64,000 bases of DNA from Ascidiella aspersa (lineage: Eukaryota): contig OZ004607.1 of the NCBI GenBank assembly GCA_963924565.1, forward strand, positions 35,836,001 through 35,900,000, given 5' to 3'. The notes under the pieces were generated by a model. The model was given only the letters and a program-made list of their open reading frames with translations, had not been told where the DNA came from and made no database searches. Shown here piece after piece: positions 38,201 to 51,100 of this stretch. The translations under genes were made by a program, and so were the position numbers. The number at the start of each line of letters is the position of its first letter. The stretch's first letter is position 1.

Positions 38201-38576
38201 CAGGGCTGCTCGACGGAGTCGGTTTGTTTTGCTGGAATCGAACTCGGGACTCGGGACTCGAGTAAGAGCACACAAAACTACCAGAGTCCCGAGTCTGACG
38301 TGCGCATGCGCAGTATCAAAATGTTAAAACTGATATGGCCGCCAACTGTAAATTTTAAAAGCGAAGCAGCAAAGGTAAATATTTTCCAACCACGTATTGT
38401 GGATAGCGTTTAAATTATGACATCCATATGAAGGGATTTGCTAATCTATTTTAAATTAGTTACGAAAGTTTGTGAAATAGAGGATGTAGAGCCGCAACCG
38501 GACTCGGGTTACGAAATCGCACATTTGGCCGAAGTGGGACTCGGGTTATTATTTTTAACGGACTCCACAGCCCTTG
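38201..38576. mobile_element. hAT-type MITE with (GACTC)n arrays; fragments at ~8350-8420 and ~49205-49280
   Basis: CAGGGCTG...CAGCCCT termini, shared CGAAATCGCACATTT block. Confidence 0.7.
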
Positions 38577-39200
38577 TTCTAAGAAGCATTTTGTATAGGA
38601 ATGTGGAAAACTTGCTGTGACAATTTGCTACAGGGAACATTTGGGAATGATTGAAGCAACGTCAAACACATAAATACGAAAATAACTGCATATACACTTT
38701 TCGGTTGTGGGTTGGTTCGGTCTAAAGGCCTGCCTCAGTGTAAATCGTGACGAAAATTTGATTTGATTTGGAGTAACAATTTGAAATAATAACCATGAAA
38801 GTTTAAATTAGCTACAAATATTTGAAGGTCCCACGACTGTTAAATTTAAATTATTTCTAACTTGACTTAAAAATTTAAGTTAAAAATTTCCAATTAAAAA
38901 GGTTGATTCGTAAATTTAAATAATAGAGTACCATGTCTTCATTGGTTTCGCAAACCTAAAAACAGAAACGACTGTAATTGAAATTCGTTCTTAAAAACGG
39001 CAAGGAATTCAGTTTGGAATCGAGTAAAGGTGAATGGGGTTTGTATTTAGTAGTCACACAGCAAAGTAACATCCGTTTAAACAGGATTTGTTGATCTCCA
39101 ATTGGTTAAACTGTAGCCCAATGGTTTTTCAACGATAGCTCAATTTTTTTTACCGCCTCAAATGTCGAACACCATATATCACGCCCAAATACAAGGATAT

Positions 39201-39362
39201 AATAATCAAAAATATCTCCTCTGGTAATTGTAATTCTTGACTAGTCATTCACCCTGACGAAGGCGACTTGAATTGGTTGCAGAAACGTTGGTTAAGAACT
39301 ACAATTGCCAGAGGAGCTGTTTTAGATTAATATTACTATTCTTGGGAGCAACAGTTTATATG
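39201..39362 (+). mobile_element. Penelope-like family A inverted-pLTR insertion with hammerhead
   Basis: TSD CAAGGATAT (39192-200, 39363-71); left part is the reverse complement of the 3' tail; CCCTGACGAAGGCGAC..GTTGCAGAAACGTTGG. Confidence 0.75.
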
Positions 39363-40358
39363 CAAGGATATTATATACTAAGCCTACATGTGACATTGCA
39401 CGGATGATCATGCCAGTAAAAAACGATATAAAGCACGGCAAGATGACAGCAGAGGAAGGTACAAAAATAAAATAAATTTGCAATAAAACCAGAGTCTAAT
39501 GTTTACACTTTGCCAACATCAGTGGAATATTCATCCATCGCATGCTAAGCAAGCCGAACAGTGCAAGAATCGCAAACACGCTTTTATACAGCAGAGACGT
39601 AGTACAACGAAAAAACACTGCTTTTCTTCGTTACTTAAAGGAGTTATTTTTAGATGTGCTTTATAACATTGTTAGAAACTCGAGAATTTCGACAAAACGG
39701 TAAAAAAAATGTTAAAATGACCTAGTAAGGCTTTTTACGAGATAAAATGATAATAACACTGCTCTTTGCGGTAAAAATGCCAACGTTACATGCAAAGCGA
39801 GCGTGAAAATGAGCCTGATCGATGATGTGTGAAATGTACAGTACAATTGTACGACAGTTATTTGATCGAGTGCTGCTACTTGGCTTGTGCTACATTAAAA
39901 TGAACTGTACGAACATCAAAGCGACCCGCTATGCTGAATATACAATAAAGACTATGTAAGAGCTGATTGTATCGCAAGCCCTAAAGCAGTGGTTTTTGAA
40001 TGAGGGGTATCCAATAAGTTGATCGAGGTCTTTAAAATGCACTACACATTATCATTGTTTTTAATGTACGCATCAGTTCTTGAAAGTTTTTTTATTTAAA
40101 TTATACAGCAATATTTTACTCAAAGTTTGCTTAGATTGATAACTGTTTGTGTAGATTACAAAATTATTGGATGGTGCTAGGGTAAAAGTACATGCTTGAA
40201 AATGCTTTAACAGTAGATCCATGACCCCAAAATATTGGGCACCACTGCACCAAAGAAAACCAGAATAAGACGCGTAACGACAATGTGCGCGCTTGCCTTT
40301 CATGCCTTCGAAAAATCCTTTATAAAGAAAATGACAAAAACAGCATCAGAAGAAGTAG

Positions 40359-42152
40359 CTACGTTAAATGCGGAACGGCCGGGGTCGGAACCGGCAGCGG
40401 ATTATTGGCGAGGGCCCACTCTTTGTCCGTGTTCCTCATTTTCGGCATCTTCTGTCGCATCCGTCCCTTGGGTCTCATTGTGTAGAAGGCAAAGTCGTGA
40501 CCCGGGCCCCCGGAGCCCGCCCCGCCCCTTGCCCCGCCCCCGCGCATCTCCACGTACGAGTCGTCGAACGAGCGCGGCGCGTCGAATGACGTCATCATGT
40601 TGTTGACGTCATCGCGCCGATCGTGGATCTCGGCCGGGGAGCGGTATTCGATTTCTTCCCATCCCTCCACTCTGGGAACAAAGGGCTCCTCGTCGTAGGC
40701 TGGGCTCATGAAGGTGTCCTCATCAGTGATGCGAGTCCCCTGCATCCGATCCTTCTTCCCCTTTTTGCTCCTCCTGTTCTTAAAGAGTCCGAGCGACTTC
40801 TTGCTCTTTTGCGTCTTCGGCTCGCATGGAGTCGTGGTGGACGGCGTCCCGGCTTCGGAACACAATCCTTCCTCCTCAGAGCTGACTTCGAACTCCGGGC
40901 TCCGTTTCGGGATGCCGTCATCATCCTCCTCAAAAACATCCGGGAGAAGATCATCCTCTTCCAGGACTCTAGGAATGAAGTTCTCATAGACAGGTTCGTT
41001 TTCCGCCACGGCATAGCGCTCCATCGCCTTGCTCTTTGCATCTTTCTTCTTCTTCGTCTTTTTTCCGCTCTTTAGAGGCGCAAGAGACTGCGCTGAGAGG
41101 AGGCCCTTGGCAACGATGAGACCCTTCTGGTTTGATGACGAGGACTTATCTTTGAAGCTCTGCTGAGGCGAGTAAACCGAGGAGCTGATGAATCCGCTGC
41201 TGGAAGAGTCTCCGGACGTGGAGGAGGACATTGCTGAAGACGAATTCCTCCCGTTGTGCGTTTCCTCGGATACGCGTCGATTTAGTGGCGTCCGGAGGTT
41301 CGGGATCACTCTAGGAGCTCGCTCTTGTGGAGGAGATGGATAGCGGTTGCTTGTGGTGGAGGAGGTGCGACGTCCGGACAGCTCCTGCGCTTCAGATGTG
41401 GGAGACAGGACGCAGGCGGGAGGAGGCGGAAAGTTGGACTCCAAGGAGGAGTGACGTTCCTCCTCATCCGGAGTTGCAAAGGTCTTGAAGGTGGCGGTGG
41501 CCGGCGAGAGGATGTTCTCTTCCGGAGGAGGTTGCTCTTCCGAGGCGCTGCGGATCGCGAATGGCGAAACCGGGAGGAAGTTTGGGTTGGTCACGATACG
41601 GCTCGACTGCGCGGGTGGCGAGATCGCGGACGATTGTGACGTCACTTGCGTCACGGCGCCGTAATCGCGACGCGATCCAAGCCGGATCCGCTCCGACTGC
41701 TGCTGTGGGGTTGAAACGAAAGTGGGCCGGACGACTTGCGACAACTTTCCGCCAGGTCTCTGGTTCATTGGATGCGCCACTCCAACCGCTCTATTGTTGT
41801 TCGCGTTGTGGTGCACCGCGGCGCCACCCGGTGGTAAATAGGGAGCCGCTGGGAATTCCGCTAGAGGTGAGCATCGCTCGCTGTCGGCGTAATCATCACT
41901 CCAGGTGGTCTCGCTGCCGTCTTGCGGAACGTTCTGAACGACCAGAACGCCACCGATGTCGTCGCCAGGAGTCGAACCATCGACCCTCAGATCGTTGGCG
42001 CTGTCGGGCAGCAGCGCCTCGCCCAGATTGAGCGAGCTGCGGTTTTGTATGGAGTGGTGGGACGAGGGCTCGATTTGAACTCGTGGCTCCGTGTTCTTAC
42101 GTCGACGGCTGCCTCCGCGCAGGAAACCGCCCTTCTTTAATGCGTCGCTTTC
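40359..42152 (-). CDS. SEMA6: Semaphorin last coding exon: 597-aa low-complexity cytoplasmic tail ending PVPTPAVPHLT*
   Basis: CATTTAG|GAA acceptor, 1794 nt open frame (extends the 485-aa track ORF upstream), GC-rich coding composition. Confidence 0.9.
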   Translation of the reverse strand, partial: ESDALKKGGFLRGGSRRRKNTEPRVQIEPSSHHSIQNRSSLNLGEALLPDSANDLRVDGSTPGDDIGGVLVVQNVPQDGSETTWSDDYADSERCSPLAEFPAAPYLPPGGAAVHHNANNNRAVGVAHPMNQRPGGKLSQVVRPTFVSTPQQQSERIRLGSRRDYGAVTQVTSQSSAISPPAQSSRIVTNPNFLPVSPFAIRSASEEQPPPEENILSPATATFKTFATPDEEERHSSLESNFPPPPACVLSPTSEAQELSGRRTSSTTSNRYPSPPQERAPRVIPNLRTPLNRRVSEETHNGRNSSSAMSSSTSGDSSSSGFISSSVYSPQQSFKDKSSSSNQKGLIVAKGLLSAQSLAPLKSGKKTKKKKDAKSKAMERYAVAENEPVYENFIPRVLEEDDLLPDVFEEDDDGIPKRSPEFEVSSEEEGLCSEAGTPSTTTPCEPKTQKSKKSLGLFKNRRSKKGKKDRMQGTRITDEDTFMSPAYDEEPFVPRVEGWEEIEYRSPAEIHDRRDDVNNMMTSFDAPRSFDDSYVEMRGGGARGGAGSGGPGHDFAFYTMRPKGRMRQKMPKMRNTDKEWALANNPLPVPTPAVPHLT

Positions 42153-45100
42153 CTAAATGTCGGTTGGTGTTTAAAAGGACTTCAGCAATATAGGAACGAA
42201 TTAAGAATAACATCAACATCGGAATAAAGCGCAGTTCGGAATAAAGACTAATACATAATAGTCGAAACAAGGCCTAAATCGCAATAGAACCCAAACCAGC
42301 ATTATTGCGTATTTGAATTTATTAAGTGTTTTGTATTAATACTGTGGTATTACAGACAATTTCGCTTTAGATATCATTGCTTTATAGGCCTGGTTGTTCA
42401 AGTTTTTAAAGCAACTAACATTGGAGCATAGACGATCTGCCTGTTTGACAATATAGGAGACATGACTAACTCTGTTATTGATATGCTCGTAAACTCTATC
42501 GACAAACAGGCTGAAATTCAAGTCTAATGCGCCAGTTTTAGTCCGAAATGTTTGCTGCATTTCGTTAAGTATAATGTTTATTTTAACAGCTAATATACAG
42601 CTTTCTCCCGCAAACTTTGTTTCATGGACCTAAGGACATAAAAGCGGTTGGTTTAGGTTTGATATACTTGTTATTTGTTCAAACATTTTTTTACCTTTTT
42701 GTCAAGAGAGCAGGGTATGATACTTTTACTACCCACTTTATAATCACGTATAAAATCAACATACTGTCATCTAATTGCAATGTGGTCATCATGGGCTCCT
42801 TATAGTAAGCTGTTTTCCTAATGTTTTTCTGGCTTCGTTCGTTCTGAACGTTTGTTAAGGCATTAAATATTTAAATATATGTACAGCTGTACTTGTAGCA
42901 ACAGACGTTGACCTTAAACGAAACAAGCTTTCTTACCGTGGGTGGGTCGTCTTTTGTACAAACAGATGTGGGACATCCATCCATCCGACGAGATCTGCCA
43001 AAAAAAAATAGATTAAAATTTAAAAAGTTATGCTACAAAAAACTTAGCTCCTGTGTTGATAATTTTACTGTGACTAAAAATATCAAAACATTTTAAAAGG
43101 GATAAAAGTTTGGGCATAATGCCAGGACGGACAATGTTTTTAGTTTTTTAATAATCATGGGGACAAATAACTGAGCGTAAGACTTCCACCAAAAGTGTTT
43201 AACTTTACAAATTCTCGTTCTGTCTCCGTTCAGGACTTAAACATATGCATGACCCAAAAGTCGACAGGACTAGATTTTAGACAGGATAACGATACATTGC
43301 GTATTTGTAGCACTTAGGTTTACCAAAGCAATTTTTATTCTGTGGTGGTTTAATGTGATAATTCTTTCAACGGACCGTCTAAGTGTTGCAGATGAACAGA
43401 AAAATCCAACGGGAACGCAAGATGCTATACTTTTACCATCTAAAAAAGTTGTTCGTGCCCTTAAGTATAAATTGTCCTACCAACTCCACGCTTTAACACA
43501 ACATAGGCAAGCCTTAAGCTATAGGTTCCTTCCCAATATTTTTGCTTGTAGTATCTTCCAAATATATATCATCCCGAAATACCCAATAATATAAAAAAAA
43601 CAAAAACGGAATAATAAATTAGAATTTGGGAATTTGAGAAACAATAGTCCCTTAAACTTGTCTGTTGTGCCACACATATGACGTTGAACTACCAATACCT
43701 TAACCTTGACAATACCACGCCCTTAACTAGACCTAAATACAGAAATCCCAATACTTTTATCGTCTTTAATTATCGTGATAAGAAGGATAAGTGGTCCTCC
43801 AAACTCCAGCACGCTTTAACACAAAATAGGGGATCCCCAAGCTATAGTTTCCTTCTTAAAACTTTTTGTTGCCTTGTACCTTCGAAATATTTCAACTAGA
43901 ACAACCCAATAAGATTAAATTAAATGGTATTATATTGACTAACAGTTTGTCAGAAATAAATTAGAATTAACCGTCGGGGGGTCGAGAAACTACTTCTTTA
44001 AACTTATCAGCCCGGAAAACAATGCTGCTTTGTCGCACAAACGACCTTGAACATTTAATAGTTTGACCTTGGCAATACCACGCACTTACTTTGACCTTTC
44101 CCGGCACTTGACGAATATGAGAAAAACGAGAAGAACAAAGGAGAAGGTGCTCACTAGCCCCACCACGAGGCTGAGGGCGAACTTGCTGTTGTCAAGGCAA
44201 CCGTCCTCCTGGGCGGGAGGGAGCAAAGACGAAGTAGATGTGCTTTGATGTTGTTGTTGAAAGTCTGCGAGGAAAAAGTTTGCTCTTAAATCGAGTTTTG
44301 AAGTATTAGGAATATACTTGTTTATCGTATCGATCAAGATCAAGGTCCTGGCCGAAAAAAATAGGTTAAAAGTTTCTTTCTTTCTACTTTAACTACAAAC
44401 TTCTTTTAAACCTTAGGTTGTTTGATAAAAACATAGAGTTCATAATTAGTATTTTTAATTTGTCTCTGTTTGAAGTATAGTTGTTTCAGTGACCAGACTA
44501 AAGACCTGAATAGACGGGGTGGCTTAAGGCAAAAATAAATGAAGAACAATACTATGGATAAAAGAATATACTGTTATTAAACGGCACAATTGATCACGAC
44601 TCTCTATAGACTACTATTGCATTTTGGCGCTGATTTGTGCACGTTAAGCATATATAAGGTACATGTTTTGATAAACTAATAAGAAGCTCTTTCGGTACAT
44701 ACTTCTTTTGGTCAAAGTTTTACCGATGCAGAATGCCTTTATCAGAGAATGCAACAAGTCCAGTCTCAAACATTTCGTTGGTTATCGCTTTTTACCTACT
44801 TTTTTGTCATTTTACTTTGCGTGGTGTTGTTAAATTCCCTGATAAAAGCATCCTGCATAGTTAGCCGAAACGTGGAATAAAATAATTGAGTACCGGGTGA
44901 ACTTCTTTTCAGTATATATTTCCATTAACTGTTGCTGCAAGGCATAGTATATATCATTTTACTTTGTGGGGTGTTAAGTGTGGTGTTGTTAAATTCCCTG
45001 ATGAAGGCATCCTGCATATAGTTAGCCGAAAGGTGGAATAAAATAATTGAGTACCGCAAGAGCTTCTTTTTAGTATAGTATGTCTGGTAGTAACAGCATA

Positions 45101-48100
45101 GTGATTAAACGAGCAAGATGTTTGCCAACTTAAACTAAACGAAAGCGCAAGTATTATGTTTACTCCAACCTAATGTACATTTCCCGCCACTAGATGCGAA
45201 CACATTCTGCTCCGATCCGACAACCTCGTCACGCGTCACTGGACGACACGCTTCGTTGACCCAAGCGCACCGGGGATTCCCCGAATTAGTGCAGGAACTG
45301 GAAAAGAACACGAAAGGCAATTTGAGAAGTCAAAAACAAGCAATTTTACTGAAGCGTGTAATTCCTTTAAAAAAGCAAACTTTTAAAATCGTTGCGAAAT
45401 ATTTGATTTAGGCATTTCCAAAATGTTTAGTTAAAACCAAGGGTGCCAAAACATCCGGAAAGAATTAAAAAAAATATCCGGAAGAATTAAACAAAGGGGC
45501 CGGATTTGGCCCGCGGGCTGTAGTTTTGAAATGTATAAATTGTGTAAAAAGAGTTCTCCCGAACTAAACGCGTACTAGGAATAAGACTACAATAGTGATC
45601 CTACTAATTTATTAAAAAACATTTAATAGCGCCTCCATTTTACAGGAGAGTGTGGTGGTAAGGGCGGGTTGAACAAATACTAAAAATCTCATAGTCTCAA
45701 GGTTACCGATAGCCCTCCATGATAGATTTTATTTGAACAAGCCTTCTAACTTGTACAGATAAATAATATGAAACCAGCAAGCAAAACACAAGCACACAGC
45801 AACCGAACCTTTGACACTGATGTAGAAAGCACGCCTGCTTTGGCAGTCTGACAATGCAATGACGAAACACGACCAGCACTACGTCACTGTTCGGCACCAG
45901 GACGATCCTCTTCACCCTGGTGATGTCATCGCTTTCCCGATCACGTGGGTCGTCGGCGTTGGCACTCTGGCTCCCACCAGTGTCGGGCCGGGAGCAGGAA
46001 TTATTGTCGAAGGCGAGCCACTCCTCGGTAAAGGTGGTGTTTGGTTGAGGTAAGCCTGAAGTAAGGTTGGCGGCGACCACTTTTAGGAGCTTTCCGTCGT
46101 CCGTGCCTTGAAGGAAAAGCGACAGATTCGTCATTAGGCATCAGAGCGGGTGTCGCACTCTTTTTGATTATTTCAATTTGGAGTCCGCAAGTCATTTTAA
46201 TTGCATCCGAGTGACTCGTGCACGAGTTGAAAGCGTTTTAAGTTGAATCAAACCATTCTAACGACTTTTGTACACAAATCAGCTATTGAAAAATAAAAAA
46301 AGACATAACGCTGTAGTTGTCTCGAGGAAAGTAGCCCTTGTTAGGCCATTGATCAGAATATGACACTTAAACTATAACCCTTAAGAAGACGACTGCATGG
46401 AATAGGGCGTCCAGAAACGTTCGCTGAGAATTAAAATTACCAGAGGAGCTGTTTTTGATTAATAACTATGTAATTATTTGAAAACATTATCAACCTATAT
46501 TAACAGAAGAATAGCAAAATTTGACCTTGTGGCGAACCTAGGTGTGTGTATCCAATGCCTTTTGCTGTAACCCTTAACGTATCGCAGCTAGAATAATATA
46601 AAGCAACAACCCCCTTAATAACCTAGTAGCCTACTGTATTAGCTTATCCAGTGATGCCCGCAATTGCTGGACATCCCCTAGTACAAAGCACAGCCAACGA
46701 TACAAAAATAATTTCAAAGAAGAGAGTAAAAACATTCAAACTCTGATGACTAGTTTATATTCTGATTTGCAAGAATTCAGTGATTCTATTTTTAATTAAA
46801 AAAAAAATTGAAATGCTTCTATTTTAATCCCAATCTAATTTTAAAAAACATAAATAAATCAAGTTTTATGTTAAACGTATTTCAGCTCCTCGGCTATATG
46901 AATTAAATCTAAAGTCGAACAAGAATGTGAAAAGTATTTACTTGAATAACCTTATTTGCAACATATCTCAATGGTGAATTTTTAGTCACCAATTATTCAT
47001 TTCTTGGGATAGGGAGAAATATACATTTGGCCTTTTAATTTGGACACGGTCAGTCTCCCTTGACTTACCGATGTACATCACCGTCACATTTCCACCGCTC
47101 GAGATTCGGACGCCCGTCTCCACTTGGATCGCGGCCAAGCGCGAGCGCGATTGCGTCATCGTGAAGAGCGGCGCGTTGCCTAGCGACCGGACCGACTGCG
47201 ACATGATCGGGTGATTCTCGTTGAAGCGGAGTTGGCTGGTCGTTGGTTCTGACGTCATATAAAGAAGTACTTAATTTTGGCTGGGAACTACTATTGGGGC
47301 AGTGATAGGGTGGAAACTTTATAGGAACGGTCGATACTTCGAAAGTGGAATTTGTGGTGTATTTGAGTTTGCTGGAATTATGGGTTAGCGGTTTGTAGCA
47401 GTAAAGTGGAAATATAATGTATATCGGTTCTGCTTGATTTGGGTTTTGTACAGAATAGAACGAAAATTGCTTACACCCACACCTGATATTTTGGCGAAAA
47501 TTTATAAAAATACCTTACACACACGTCTACGGCAACTGTGATCTAACCGATCTGAAGTATGTTTTTGATCAATGATAACGGCTTATGTATCCATTACGTG
47601 CCATCGCAGACTCAACGAATCAGCCGATCAATGATGCAAGCAGGGCATGCTAGAAAAAACTACTAGTCTGCAGTGAGGTTTGAACTCCTGTCATACCGGT
47701 ACCGTCGCTCTACCAACAGCTACACACTCACACGGGCTTAGAGGGGAGCGAGTCGAGAGACAACCATGACGCCACATATGCTTGTTACAGCAACTTCACA
47801 ATAAAGGGTATCTACAGTACCATAGTTTTCAATGAAATACCAACACACACCTAAGTGTATGACAAATGTAATCCAACAGTTTTGTCCGACAAAGTTTTTT
47901 GAACTTATAACCACAAGTTGTTTGTACAAATCTGGATTTTTTTTTCCATATTCTTTTTTTCAAACATTTGCTTGAACGTTAACAGAACAACTTACTATTG
48001 TTATTTTCAACAAAAAAATACTTGAAGGACAACAAATTGCGTTGGAATATAATACCACGACTGAAATGCACAAAACAATTGATATAGGATCGGCACCGAT

Positions 48101-51100
48101 ACCCCTTTAGTGCCGGAGGAGTAGCGATATACCACTTGGTATAGGGCTTTAACGGCGTCATCAATGGAAACCATCATGCAAAATATGACTGATTTAACTG
48201 TTGATTGACCGATTTAACGTTTTGGCCTAAATAAATGCGGACAATAGGTTTAAAATAGCCAGTATAGTTAAATTGCTACGCAATAAACAAAGCATGCGAA
48301 ATAGGCAAACCGGAAATTGCGATAGTTTCAGTGCTTTCTTTTTTAAACAAAGAGACAGTCTAATACAAATCAGTTCATGAACAGGTCAAGATATATTTTT
48401 TTATAACAAACAGGTCTTCCAATACTAATATGCATGATATACTATCCTTAGGTCAGTCTATGTTTAAGTGTGATTTTTCCAAATAGCCATATTAATACAT
48501 TTCAATTATAGCGTTTGTATATAGTCAGGCGCATGAATTTAAATGATTGGCCAATAATAATATGTTTTTTTAAACCCTCCACTCTTTCTTAGCCTCCACT
48601 CTTCTTTAAAACTCTCATCGATTAAAATTGTATGGTTGTTGTGTTCACGACTCTTATAGATTTATTTTAATGTCGAAAAAAATTATTTATTTGAAAAAAA
48701 TAGTTTGAAAAACAAGCATGTCGCTTTTAACGTCTATTTGGGCCGTTATTTTCACCATTAAACTTATGAACAGATACGTATATAGTGTTGCAAATTTATT
48801 TATATTTTTATACTACTATGTTTCAGCTTCACTTAAGACAACGACTTTGGTTACAATTTAGGACTCAAAGAGAAAATAAAATAGCACAGCACAGCAAGTA
48901 AAGTTCAGTATTTAGTACTTGGTACCAATACTGACAAATGGTATTTGAGCAAAAAATACCACCGATTGCAAGGTTTATTAAATTGAAAACATAAAAAGAT
49001 TGCTTACGCGCAAAAATGGCTGGTACCCATTTGTTGTTTGTTTTCTGTTTTCTGAAAAATTACTTTATCAAGATGGATAACGCTGCGTTGGAATGCAAAC
49101 CATAAAAAACCATTGGTGAACTGCCTTTGTCAGTTAGGATTGGATTTGTACATATACCACAATACGATGAAATGTGAGGAAATGCAAGCTGAAGAGTAGG
49201 AACCACACTGGGGACTCGACGAAATCGCACATTTAGTCGGAGCACAACTCGAGTCATTGTTAACCGACTACGCAGCCCGGTCTACCACCCTAGTATCGGA
49301 AAACTATAATCGGCTCAAAACATCGGACATTTCTTGTTAAGATTAACAGTAAGTTTGCTAAAGTGTATTTTGATGTGCTTTATGTAAGCACTCTATTACG
49401 TGCGGTCAATCGGTCAAGTGTTACTGGGCACATGGTGCCTTGGCGTTGTAGTTGTAGTTGTCCCTACGGCAGTTAGTGTTATACTACCTTGTCGCGGTAG
49501 GATCCTATATTGTAAGTTACTTTGTGTTGGCAAAGATGCTTAACTTACACTGATGCTGTTTCTCTTTCAATAACATTTTTTTGTATTCTATTTGAATAAG
49601 ATATAAATCCACTTGTTTAAGCCTTTGTGGTATTGGTAAATTCCTGTACACTGATAAAGAAGTATGGGATCGGATGTCATTAGTTAACCATAGAACACTC
49701 ACTGGAAGTCCGGCAAGATGCTGGATGTGGGAATCCTGCTCTGGTCGTCCTCTTCCAGCACCACGAGTTCTTGTTCTGCTCCAGGAATCCTTCGGCGAAT
49801 GCGAGCTGGACGCTTTGGAGCGTGAAGGCGCACACAGCAGAACCGCTGATGCTGTTTCTGCTCGCAAAAAAACGCGGTTTTAATGCTTAGTTGTAAACCT
49901 AGCATGATGTACGAAGCAAATCAAATCGAGGAAAAAATCTTTAAGCGTATATGAAATTATTTTATTATTTGCTACTTTAACTTTAGTCGCAAGATTTATC
50001 AACGATTGGCATTTTTGTGTGAAAATAAATATTTGTTTTTTAATTTAATGGTTAGTGGTGAACAGATGCACGTCGCAACTTAACCTGGAGAAAAAGTTAC
50101 GTTATGTAGGCTTATACAAAATTATTTTATTGTTTGCAATTTTTACTTTGTAATCGCAGTATTTATCAACCAGTGGCTTTTTTGTGTGAACATAATTATT
50201 TTAAACCAGGTTTTAATGGTAAGTGTAAAACAAGCAGATGTAGGACCCAACTCAATCCAGAGCAAAAGTTACTTTATAAAGGCTTTAAATAATTTTGTTG
50301 TTTTCTATTTAACTTTAGTCGCAAGGTTCATTAACCAGTGGCTTTTTTGTTGTAAAAATAAATATTTTAAACGCGTTTTTTTGGTTAGTGGTAAACCATG
50401 CAGATGTAGGACCCAACTCAATCCAGAAAAAAGTTTTTTTTATAGAGGGTTTATACACGACGGCCTGAAGATTGAATTTAACACCTCTACAACATCTAAT
50501 GCAGCTATGTCATTCAATAAGATTGCAATAGTTCAAATATAGTAACATGTAGACATAGTTCTTTGGTTGAAACTTTTTACGATTGCTAGAAATGTAAATT
50601 AACTGTTTTAGTAAATAATACAAGGCGAACTCCCCAAAGGATCCCACTGTAGGTTTAAAATACCTAATCCAAATTGTCAAAAACTTTACGATTAAACCAA
50701 TAGTATAATAAGCCAGCGAGAAAGTATTAAACGTTGATATTAATGTCCTTAAAACTACGCATATTACACCGCATCACGGTTCCATGAAGAGCACTGATCA
50801 ACATAACTTGATTTAATGTAACAACTTACTCTGGCGTGGTAAAAGTGGCGAACACCATTTCCACACCGTCCACCACCACCGCGTCCGTAATGCTCTGGAT
50901 CTCGTTGAAATAAAATGGTCGTCTGCCGGGAATCGAACAGTTCAACCTGACACAAGAAGCATTTTTTTGGTGCTGATTTTTAAGCCTGGAGCCATATTTA
51001 ACACCGATCGGTCAACTGCGTATAAGGGTTGATTTAAAACAGCGATTATTTTCCAGTGTGGTAAACAGGTCATTTTTCCCCAGTCAAGTCATTTGTAAAA

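Noticed and set aside
40235-42140. Several plus-strand and alternative-frame ORFs (66-156 aa)
   Set aside because: Shadows of the GC-rich last semaphorin exon; no independent homology or splice signals.
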